Source: Phoronis australis (Eukaryota > Animalia > Phoronida). From it: a stretch of 64,000 nt of DNA. The position numbers and the translations under genes are program-made. Below, piece by piece: positions 22,901 through 34,900 of the stretch; the first letter of the stretch is position 1, and each line of letters begins with the position of its first letter. The stretch lies in the NCBI GenBank assembly GCA_002633005.1, contig NMRA01000243.1, forward strand, positions 264,280 through 328,279, given 5' to 3'. Below the pieces are notes generated by a model, which saw nothing but the letters and a program-made list of their open reading frames with translations, was not told the origin of the DNA and searched no databases.

Positions 22901-25900
22901 ACACTTATCTTTCACCCAGTGAGTTTAGTCTTTTACTTGTTGTGCATTCAGCATTACTTTAATGTAATTAGTTGTCAACATGCGGACTCTAAGCATGGGT
23001 ATTTTTCATGATTTTGTTCAATTATTAACTGAATGTTTGATTTTACTGTTGAATATAGACTTGTATGAACAGTGATTTGACATGGATTTACAAGCTAAAT
23101 CTTACTAATTTTGAACAAAATTGCTGAAGCCAATCTTTTTCCATTTTCCTAGAGCTTTTAATATTGGAGTGAATGCCTACAATTTCTCAAAATATTGTCT
23201 GTTGGCAGAGGTTGACGAGTCAGATTTCATAGTGAGGACAGCGCCAGAGATTTTAATGTCACAGAAATATTGAAAGTTTTTTTGACCACTTATTTAGCTT
23301 AAGTTGTTTCTCTGACCTCCAGTCGGTCTTGGTATTTTTATGTTTAGGAATTGCCAAGTAACGTAGATTTTATGTTAACAGGTGCTTTCATTACCACCTT
23401 TTGTGTGGAAGAAGCTGGTTGGTGAACCTGTCACATGGTCACGTGACTTCTACACAGTTGATGCGGCAGAGGTTAGTCTCTCTCTACAGTCTCTCATTGA
23501 TAGATATTTTGCATCTTAAAATTGACAGAACATACCTGGCAAAATAAAAAATGTCATATAAAATCATAGCTAAAGGAGTGAACATTTAAGTAGGACAATG
23601 AACAAGTCTCTTTAGCATTGTGATGCACAAAATCATTTTCTTGCCTGACCCAATCTCTAATTCTGGTGTGCAAGACTGATTAAGTTGCATGGGGCAAATT
23701 GCAAATTCTTTCTTTCATTGACATTTTGAGATGTTGGGAATTTTGTGTAAATCTTTTGAGCATTACACTACCCAACAGTGGCAATTTGAAGTCACATGGT
23801 CCAAAGAATTTATGATAAAGCCAGTTAGGGAAAGAAGTGATTATTGCTGAGTTGCCAAGACAATTCACTAAAAAACAACTTATAAATAAGTACATTTGTG
23901 TAACTTTTGATAAAAGGACTTCACTGAAAATGTAGGGGTTGGGCATTTTTCTTTGTACAGTAAGGCATAGACCAGACAGACAATGTCTCAAATTTTGGGT
24001 GACAGTGTACTATGCAGGTTTGATGAAAGAAATCAAAATGTACATTTTCGATAGTTTAGAATATCAAAACTGCAAACGGTTAAAAAATCTGAGGTACCAT
24101 TTGTCAAAGAAACATTTAATTACAAGTTTTGTACGTTTTTAAAAAATGTAAAATTAATCTAATAATTTTTTGAAATTCATGTTTCAAAGTTGCACAAAGT
24201 GCCATCTTTGACAAGCTGGGAAATGTAGTTCTTTATCTGGGTCAATGATGCGTGCTTCTGGTGGGGAAAGTTATTGTCTGAAGTAGCTCAAAAACTACCA
24301 AATACATTGGTGAAGATGTGGTTATTGGTGCTAAGGCAGTTTTAGAATGTTTTTACAATAGATTGGAGTGTTTTTTCAAAGAATCCCTGAAACGATTATT
24401 TTTCATGTACGGAGGTGCAAATTACCCTTAACCCACCTCTGAATTTTTGCAGTTTTACACATTTCGTGATTATTCTGTCCCCAGTTATCAGTTCATTGTC
24501 ATTACATTTTGACTAATTTTTCTGGGGAATTTTACTGTTAAGAAACTTTTCCTAGTTATAGTATTTTATCTTCACAGAATAAAGTCTGTTGTTATTATTA
24601 TTACTTTTAACTATTATTATTAGTGTTACTATCAGTGTAATTAGTACATCATCATTATTCTTATTATTATTACTTTTAGTTATTATAATAACCATTGCTA
24701 TCACTGTTATTATTATTATTGTTAATATGTTATTGCTTCTTCAGGTGAAATTAACAGAAAATATGGAAGTTATGGATAGAGAGACCTATGAAGCCCACTT
24801 CAATGAAAAGACGTGGTCAGCCACGCTAAGTGATGGCACGGTGACGCCGTTGAAGGAAAACGGCTTAACAATGTCCGTAAGATTTGAAGACCGCCATAAA
24901 TACATCGAGAAACTACAAGATGTGCGGATGAATGAAAGCTCACAACAGGTGATAATATTGTATATAATATTTTAGATTATTTTAAAGCAGATGGTCACCT
25001 GTATTCTGTTACAAGGGATTACCTTCATTTTATGCCAATCCTACTTGTATTGCTGACACAAAAATTTACCAAAACCGTAGTTGATTTCAACATCTGCCTC
25101 TTTCTGCCTTGAGGGTTGGTATAATATTATATTTCACATTATTTAACAACCTTAACCTTGAATATTTAATGAGACCTGAGACAAAACATTTGTGAGTCTG
25201 TGAGTTATGTTTTATTTCACATCTTCAACAAAATAGTAAGATCAACATAATACTTCAATGGCAAAAGCCGTGGAATGTCAAAATTTAAAATCATCTCTCT
25301 TCCGTATAATGTATAGTATTAGATAACTCAAAACCCACCATCCCTGATAGCCTTAGGTCTATATGACCTTAAAATGCCATTCACTAATTACTGTGTAGAC
25401 ACTGAACCAACATAGCAATCCACACAGAAATCTTGAAGGCAGATAATACAACCATAATTGACCAATCGCAAGCTTCGCCCCCTTGCGAAATGTTGACAAA
25501 CGAACAATAAGTTTTACCCAGCAACATGTTGTTTGTTGGCTAAGATGGTGGCTTGGAAACAAAGGTGTGTCAAGAATGCTGCGTTCTGATTGGTCAGTTC
25601 AGCCGTCACTCAAAATCCTGGAGTCGATGCTTAACATAATCTCAACTTGCCAAGTGCAACCTGGTCACCAAACAGGAACTGAAGTCGCCAAATCAAACCC
25701 TGAATTATATTTGTTTTTTATTTTTTATTGTTATATATTAATTTACTGATAACTGTACTGTTGACCTTCTCAAGGACAGTGTGCACATCCCAGAGCAAAG
25801 AATTGTGGGATACGAGTCCTCTAATCCAGAATCCAGAAAGTGTCACATAGGCGATCGTCTGCTTGATAAGCTGGCAGTTGATTTTGAATACTATCCGTTT

Positions 25901-28900
25901 ACTCGTATCCATGGTAAACTGAACTTCTGGCTGCTTGAAATATTACAAAGTGTTTTCTACAAGTCGTATACTCTCAAAACTTTTGATTTAGACCACTTGT
26001 CTTTATTAAATAGGGTCTTAACATGTTCCTTATCCATTGTTTGATACCTTCAAGGCTTCAATCCACCTTGTGGGTGGTGGAAACAAACTAAAGGTACACA
26101 CTTGAAGTTATATTGAGCGCAGGTTTTTCCTAAAAAATGACCAACTTCAAAGTATTGTTAGCAACCTATTAAGCCAAACAAAAATGAGCTCCATTCAAAT
26201 CACAGTATCACCATGAAAACAAGAAAAGTGTTAGCTTGACTTATTCAATGACTTGATAATGAAAACATTCCACTCCCGCCATAGTGTGAAAGACGATGTC
26301 CCAAAATAATAGTCATTTAACTTTAACAAAGGACGTCGAAGCAAATGACGGAAAAACAAGCATGAGTACATGAAACTCATTTTCTATTCCACTTCAGTTA
26401 TTTTTCTATATTTTATCAGTTATTAAATTGTGATGTGAAATTCGCTGTGCACACATTACAAGTGTTTGAAATGACGTTGGCTGTAGGGCATATGAGATTT
26501 CACTTGCCTGATAACAATTTAAGTTACGCGCTGTCAGGTAGTTGGACTACTAATAGTGTTGACCCCTGATTGAGTGAATTTTGGGCTTGAGAATAGTATG
26601 TTGTTGCTCAATACCGGGCTTATTACGTTGGCTTCGTCGACTCGACATTTAACAAAGGTCGATCTGTGCAGTACATGGCTATGTATTGCATACCGGCTCT
26701 AAACACAAATTTTAATGACTGCCACCACGAAAAATATGAAGTGCAGAAACCCAGGTTTATAAAGTTAATTACAACAACCAAAGATTGCCAACTTCAATTT
26801 GGAAATTATCTTCATGCTTTTGGTGAGATTCTTCAATACCGTGGCCTTTTCGAAATAATACTACGAAATATAGATATCACCCGTAAGGTCTTAAACAAAC
26901 ACTTGCGCAGATTTCCTGTTACGGCTAGGAGCACTATCAATGCCAGAGCTACGAATAGTAGCACACTGGAGTTCCAGAAGGTACTATACTGGTTACTGTG
27001 AGCTATGACCATATCACTCCAAAGTGTCCGCATCATGGTATCCTCCTTCCCAGGGAAGTCATAATCCAGCACAGCGACCATTACAGGCGACGTCGCATAA
27101 TCCCAGCTTCGTACCGCCGCCTCAACAGTCGGTATCCTCCGCAGGCCTACAAAGCATTCACTAGTGTCTGTGAACTTAATATCTAGTTTCTCCGCCATCA
27201 CGCCGATCCACGCATCGTCCGGCATAAACGGTGGTGTATCGAATGACATAAGGTACAACTGTTTTATAGCTTTACCCGGCATTATGTAGAGGGTACCTGA
27301 ACAGTAGGCTGGGTAAGCGTTCCCTGGATAGTCCTTCTCAGACACAGAGTACTTGGCACCAAGCCTATATACCTTAGTACAACACGGATAGTAATAGCAG
27401 AAGGAAAAGCTGTTCATATTCTGTCTGTATCGCTGTTCTCCTAAATAGTGGATGATTTTAAACATGTCGACGAGCACTTCGTCACTTGTCATCATGACGT
27501 AAACTGCGTGTGGGCAATACTCGAATACCCACCGATACGCCGTTACATCCTTGAGAAAAAGAGTTTTGTACGTGTCTATAAAATTCTCCTGTATGATGTC
27601 TCCGTATTGAGAGATTTCTTCCTTTAATCGGTCAGAATCGGACTTTCCTATAACAAAACGCACCGGCATGTACAAGCCTTCAAATATGCTTCCGTCACCC
27701 CATGTCTCTCGTATTGCTTTGCGTCTTTCGAAATGATCGGTAGCCGACCTCACCAAGATCAGCATATAGACTTCTTTGTTAAGGCAAGTTTGAGAAGGAA
27801 TCACCGTAAAATTGTACGGATGTGGATTGCAGTTATACTGGGCCTGGTAAAATTTCTTCGGGACGGCCGAGTCTTCGTGTCGTTCTGTACTGTTCACCGT
27901 GCGATATTTTGGTAGTAGTAGCCCACCTGATGTCAACGTACTTTCTGGAAAATAAACCAGATGTATAATGTAAATGAGGGTCTTTGAGGAAACTAGCCCC
28001 ATGTTTTAAATTCATTACTTAAACAACTTTCGGTATTTTAAATTACAGTAGAGCCAGGTTAATGCTCTACTCTCGGTTTTGACGTAAATAATGATAATAA
28101 GTGGGATATTCCATTTAGTGGGTTTCAGAGGAGGCGGTGTGGCTTAGTGGAATAACTGTCCACTTCCTTTACTGAAGATCCAGGGTTGGAGTCTCACTGA
28201 GCACAATGGTAGGCCATTGAGTCAGGTCTCTAGCTCCTCAGCTCGGTTTTAACTACATATTATTAATAAAGCATAAAAATTGTTACAAGTGATAATTGCA
28301 ATGGGTCCACTTGAGTGGCCTGCGCACGTCTGGTATAACATATACCAGACTGCCTACAGTTATTTTTCAGAACAGGAAGTAGGTTTCAATTTGGCAGTGA
28401 TCGTAACCATTCCTATAAGCATGCAAAGAAGAGAATCTCAAGAGTAAGACACGTCATATCCCCCTGGTGCCAGTAGTGTAAAAATGGCTAGTTACCGACT
28501 TGGGCTACTAAACAAAGACTGGGAAAAAAGTTTGATTGTGAGGGTATTAGTTCGAGCTGCAGGGAAAAGTTAAAAACATCAATGAGTTCCTAAGCTAAGA
28601 TGTCCTTCTATGCGCAAAAGGTATTTAAAGCACGACTTTGATGGTTCAATCAGTATGAGGCATAATTTGCTGAAAAACTTGAAAAGCCCTCTACTGGGGC
28701 TGCTCAGGTTGAGACAGCGGTACTGTCTAGTGCCAGCTGCCCCTTAGATGCAATGTAGTGTATTGGGGACGATCAGAAACTGAGGACGCCTGTGGTTAGA
28801 TGCTAGGCAATGACCATCGCCTCTGTTGGCCCGAACCAGAGGCGATGTAGAGGCTATAGGCGCTCTGTACGCCGGAAGCTTTTCGGCGAATTATGCCTCG

Positions 28901-31900
28901 CACCGACTAAATCATCAAAGCCACGTTGTTATAACTACCTTTTGCGCATAGACGAACACCTTAGGAGGTTGTCGATGTGTTTAAGTTCTTCCAACTCGAA
29001 CAAATACTCCCGTTATGAAACTTTTTCTTCGAGCAGTCCCTATTTCAGTTCCCAAAATCGTGAAATCAACTTTTTCATTTTTTTAACCAGGCCGAAGGTC
29101 AGAAGTTGCGGACCTACCGGCGAACTTTGAAAGCTGAAGTTCCCGCCCTTCGCGTACGTGCTGCCGGGAACCAGCCGTGCATTTGCCGTGTTGTTAAACA
29201 TTAAAATGTCAAATATGTGCACANNNNNNNNNNNNNNCGATGTCGGTACTTCCGTAACTCACCGGCAATTTTCGTACCGTCCTTGACCTCGAGCGGCAAC
29301 CGATGGACGTGCGCGGGGGTTTTTTGTGAACATTTTTGTTCTTTGACTGCGAATTTCTTACGAAGTCGCCGGAACAGGACACCGTGAATAGTATTGGGAG
29401 AAAGAACAATTCTTCATGGTTTGTTGAACCCCTGTTTTGTGTAAATTTATTGAGTTTTATGTTTGCTATGGACGGGTGAAGTGAAGCACCCGTGGAATTT
29501 CTAGTCGAGAGTGTCCTACCTTGTAGTATTATATGTAGTGTATTGGGGACGATCAGAAGCTGAGGACGCCTGTGGTCCTCCCTACCTGCAGTAATACAAC
29601 AACACTGTCACTGTTCACTAACTAAACAGTGGGACACTGGAATGCTCACCATAGTTGAGAACGGTTCCGTTTTTCACATCTTGAAAATTTCCATCAGATC
29701 CCTCAGAGGCTAATGAATGAAATTCAGTGACGAATACAAACCCAACGATGAAGACTGCAGAGTGAAACATTTGCTTCGGTCGATTCCCAGCTGACTTCCG
29801 GTCTCATTTGCGCAGGTGCTACAACTCCCGTAAGATGGCGCTAAATGCGCCAGTCACTAGGTAGTGAGACCGTCTCGTCCCCGAGTCACCTGGAACTGCG
29901 GCTGAACTGTCGTGCGTCGTGAAAGTCGACGACACTTCCGTGGGTCCGCTCAAAAGTAGTTCGTCAAAAGGACAAGTTACGAGAAAGCAAATCAAATGAA
30001 GTTATCAAAAGTAGAAATGATTTCTTGGCATTTATTTTGATGCCCAATATAGGCTACTACACCACTGAATCAGTGAAAAGTATAGATAACCGCATAGGCT
30101 ATAAGGCTGGTTACAAATGGAGATAATTAGAACGTTTCTAACTGAGAAAATCCGCTATTGTTGGCTTAGGAAGTAAATGCCATTAGTATAGGTTAGTACC
30201 ATGGTAGAGACTAGTTTTGTGTCTCACGATTGCGGGTCATTGGAAATGACGTCGCCGAGTAGTAACTTGGCAACTGACCCCGCCTTCCAACAATCTAGGG
30301 CACATGTATATCCCCTCATCTCAATAATTTTCTTTTATTGTGTTTTCCATGTTGATATCCACCGGCCGGTAACGGCAACACATTAAAGTGCCGAAAACCA
30401 CAATTTACCATTTCATGTTTGACAATCGACTACATTGTCAGCACCCCATGGCACTTTCGTGAATTAAATATCTCCAACATGCGAAAATAAAAAAACAACT
30501 TCATTTGAAAGTTTCCAGCTCCAGAATGTCCTCCGTGACCAACACCCGAGTTTCTTCACTCAAAACTTCAGTTGTGTCTGATGCCTGCACGTCTCCCAAT
30601 GTCCCGCGGGAAAGCGAAAAGAGACAAAACATTTTCAAATATTAAGTTTTCACTACCGCCACACACGCGGCAATGCCTCGCCATTTCTTATACCATAAAC
30701 CACTGGATAACGAGAGCAAGAGCTGTGGTTAGTTGTCCCAATTAAATTTAGTATGTATCGACCAATAAATGCACGTAACTCGAAATCAGCTTATTAACTT
30801 ATCAGTCATAATATAATGTTTGTGTGTGTGTTTTAAGTTGACAGCTGATTGACCGTTGGGGTCGCTTTTTGGTGTTTTTGAAATGAAATTTGTGATTTTA
30901 AGCACTTTTAATAATCTCACTGTCCGCGTATACTACTATACTATTACTTATTTCGTAGTTAAGTGCAGCCTAATAAGGATCGAAGTCAGCACAGTCAGGG
31001 ACTTGATTCTAATGTCGGCTTGCACGAAGCCGGCTGTTTAGCGATGGAGTAACGGCAATGTTTAGCACCGGTAACCAATTTAGTTTAACCAAGGAAGAGT
31101 GTTCTTTTTATAACACTAATTTCTGTGTTTTGCTCACTTTTTACCCTGATTGTCCTCTTTCTGGTTTAGCATATCTTTACTTGTATACCCTAGTCTTATT
31201 TGTCATCATTCCCTTAGTTTGTCTGTCTGTCTCTTAGTGTGTTGTAATAAATATAATATAAAAATAAATAATTGCAGGCGGTCTGATACACGTTGTACCA
31301 GACGTGCGCAGGCCTCACGTGTGGGCCCATTGCACTGATCACCTGGAAATATTTTTATGCTTTATTGATACATGGTTAAAACCGAGCTGAGGAGCTAGAG
31401 ACCTGGCTCAAGGGTTTAGCAGTGTGACCTGGTGGGATCGCACTTAGTGTGTTGTGTTGTATTATACTGTTATTTTTGTCATGGCCAGATGAGGCAACAT
31501 TAAATAAATCAAAACTCGGTTCCAAGTTATAATCTCTTTGTACGGTGTACTTGTACCAAAGGCTAAACGCTGAGACGTGAACACGATAACTAATAATTCT
31601 AGACTTAGAGAATAATGTTTACCATGTTCGTGTTTTCGGTTAATGGAGGGAGACTTCCAGCACTAGGGGAAGATTTACATGCTGAAGCAAGCAGTTGACG
31701 AGGCTGTTTGTTGAAATTAACATCGTCATGGTACAGGTGTTACTGCAGTACATCTCCTTGGGCTTTTCTGGAAAATATACTATAAAATGACTTTTTCATT
31801 GGAGCTCTCAGCAAATGGGTCCCTTGTCATCATGCTTTGGATTTCATCGTGCCGCTGGTCTCTTAATGATGATGGGGTATCTTAATTTTCCAGCGGCATG

Positions 31901-34900
31901 CGCCCTTCGGGTCCGACTGTTGGTAGGTTAGTAATGAACGCGTTAGCTGGAGTTTGGTGAACAAAGAATCGACTGTTTGACAAGTCGCTGGTTCCAAAAC
32001 TAGTTGAATTTGGGTCATAACACGTAATTCGCTGACGAGAATCAATGAGTAATTTTTTACATAACCACTTGACCCAGAAGGTTACCAATGTCATCAGACA
32101 TTTTGATGTGTGGTATTAGCAAAAAACTAACGTCGCCCGTCGTTTGGTTACGGGTTCGAACGATTTAGGCAAGAGAAGAGCGAAAGAGGCTGAGGCAGAG
32201 GCATAAGCCGACAGTAGACTACCACCAACTAAGAACTTGCCACCAGTTTCATTCATTTAAATTTCCCTCCCCAATGTGGTATGTCGCATCAAGTAGGAAC
32301 TTTGTAATCGTTTGATTGTTTTGTACCTTTAGATCGAGTCAATAAGACGTGGACTGCTAAGCGTTGTCCCTCAAGCTGTCTGTGATTTGCTGACGTGGCA
32401 GGAAATGGAACGATGGGTCTGTGGCGACCCCGAGATAACCTTGGAGGCGCTGCGCCGGTGCAGTACGTATTAACTGCTTAGGCAAACATTTAATCATGGA
32501 CTAGCTCATTGGTGGCACGTGACTGGGAATTTTGACGGAGAGCTGAAGCCAAACGTTGCTTGCCAAGTACTACTACATGTTTCTGTTTCATGAAAGTGAC
32601 GTCAGACTTACCCTAATGCAAAAATTTGTTCTTGCGCTCCACATAACTGTGTCAGAAATTGCGCAAAAGTGCAGAGTCTCAGAATCACTTAACTGCTGGC
32701 TACTAAGATTATTTCTGTCAATTATTTCTAGAATGTGATGCTGCTGGTAATAACTTGGCTAAACTTTTTCAATAATTGGTATGTGGGAAAGATAAGACCA
32801 AAATCGAGTCTTAAAGTCGCAAGGCACTTACATGGAACAGATCACTGAAGAGCTTGCATTAGTCGGACATCTATGAGTAAGATTTCGAAGTTTACATGGA
32901 CATTCTGGGTCAGAATAGTAATTTTACATAAATTATCAGTAGTGTGGAAACGAACCCATTAGTTCCGTGCAGTAGCAACCAGCAACCGGACGTTTTGCCG
33001 CTCCGCCAATGATCACGTGTTAAGTAGCTGATCATTTTTATGCGCCCACGTATTTATATGTTGTCGCCATCTTTGTCTGGGCGTCCGGCATCCGCAGCTG
33101 TATCACCTAAACCCCTTGCAAAATCTTATTGAAATTCGGCAGATGTGTTCCTGTGCTGCTGACAACAGATGTGGACGACTTTCGGACTCATCCGAATACC
33201 GATGTGCTCCCTAGTGGCAATTTTAGTTTTTTACGTTTGCGTCCATATCTTCGGCGTACCTTAACGGATTTTCCTGAAATTCGTCAGGTAGGATTTTACT
33301 AAAAATGCCATGATGCCATTCCAGATTTGGACGTATTCCACCGATTTCACGCCACCTTTTGACCATTTTTGTTATTTTTGCGTTATAGTATTCACATGGT
33401 AAAGACACCGGGTTTGATTACAGCGAATGTCTGGCAGACCACGGCGACAATTGACGATTTGTAATAAAATCACAACACATTTTGCTGATTTATAACTCTG
33501 GCCAATGCTAATACCTTCGGGAAGTCCAACAATAACCCCAAAATGTGCGTTTTCGGCCGTAAAATCGATAATATCCCTATGTCTGGAACAAAGTCTCGTG
33601 GTACTGTTGTTCTAGTTCGTGCTCACGTCACTTCAGAACGGTCGAAATTTGCCTTTCTTGAATTAATCCCTGGGTCGGTTTGGTTCCGACTTAGGCGAGT
33701 TGTGCTAAGATGCGCTAGAGGTTTAAGAATAACATGACGCTACCAAAGGGTGGCAAGTTGTTCGTAGCGACGATGGGCCCATGCAGGGGGTGATTTCGTG
33801 GTGTGAACTGGCGTGTGCGCGCATGTGTGATTAACTTCATACATTGCAAACGACATTGGGCGCTGCTTCGGCAGGTCTAACGGTGGACAACTTCAAAGTG
33901 AGATAAAACAACACGTACGGGCTCAATCGCTACCACCGTATAAAGCGATTTGATTATTTTGTTGATTTTCACAAAATTAAAGCAAAACGTTCGGCACTCC
34001 CCCTGTGTCAAAGGGGTAGCCCAAGGTATTAGTAATATTACCGAAACAACCCTCAGTAGTTGGATAATTTGGGCTGTAATCACCTGCTATGGGAGTGTAA
34101 TATTATAATATTACTCACAGGTAATCGTAATAGGTCTGTTCATTTTCGGTTATTCGACAGCCAACGTTTAGCACCAGATATGTGTTATATTCTAGCTCAT
34201 TACGAAGATCTTGAACAGACTGAAACTCGTGTGAAACACATGTGGGACGCCATCACGGCATTCTCTAACGAAGATCGTAGCCGCTTTCTGCGTTTTGTTA
34301 CAGGCAGGCGGCGCCTACCAGCGCCCATTTATGTCTGTCCGGATAAAGGGTAAGACGAGTATTCCTTACTGTGAATTATTCTGCTAAGAAGTTTTATCGT
34401 TTGCAACTTTGCCATATTCAGCATTCTGGTGACTGAAATTTATAATACCCGCACACGATTCACCATTGGGCCCGCGTAACTGGCGCACGTGTGCGAGCCT
34501 AAAGCGTGGTCCAAATAATGTTGCGAGAGTCGTTCGTCGCAGCATTTTCGCCGGTCTCCGAAGTCATCGTATAATACACTAGGACCGATTGTATTGTAAT
34601 TTGTTTTAGTACGTGTACAACTACAGTATGGGCTGTTGACGACAACTGCACTGTTTTGGTGCTGCTTTCAGTAACGTCTGCAACCCGCGAAAAGGTGGCG
34701 ATTGCGACTCTCACAACATTATGGAGACCAGGCGTGTGTTCAGTAGATGCGAAAATGTCGCGAAAACGCGTTATCACGCAAGACTACTGACGCGAGATAT
34801 TGTCACCTATAACAAGCGAAGCACATGATCACACTAGCTTCCTTCGCGAGATTGTTGCGTCTACGGAACTCGGTCCCGAGACGAGTCAAAAAGTGTCTTG

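Noticed and set aside
24589-24744. Signal peptide/TM prefix on ORF 24589..24975
   Set aside because: Translation of an intronic (ATT)n repeat; the real exon starts at 24745.
32844-32892. CTGAAGAG..CGAAG as a hammerhead core (also CTGAGGA at 28780)
   Set aside because: No GAAA at the right position and no convincing stems I/III.
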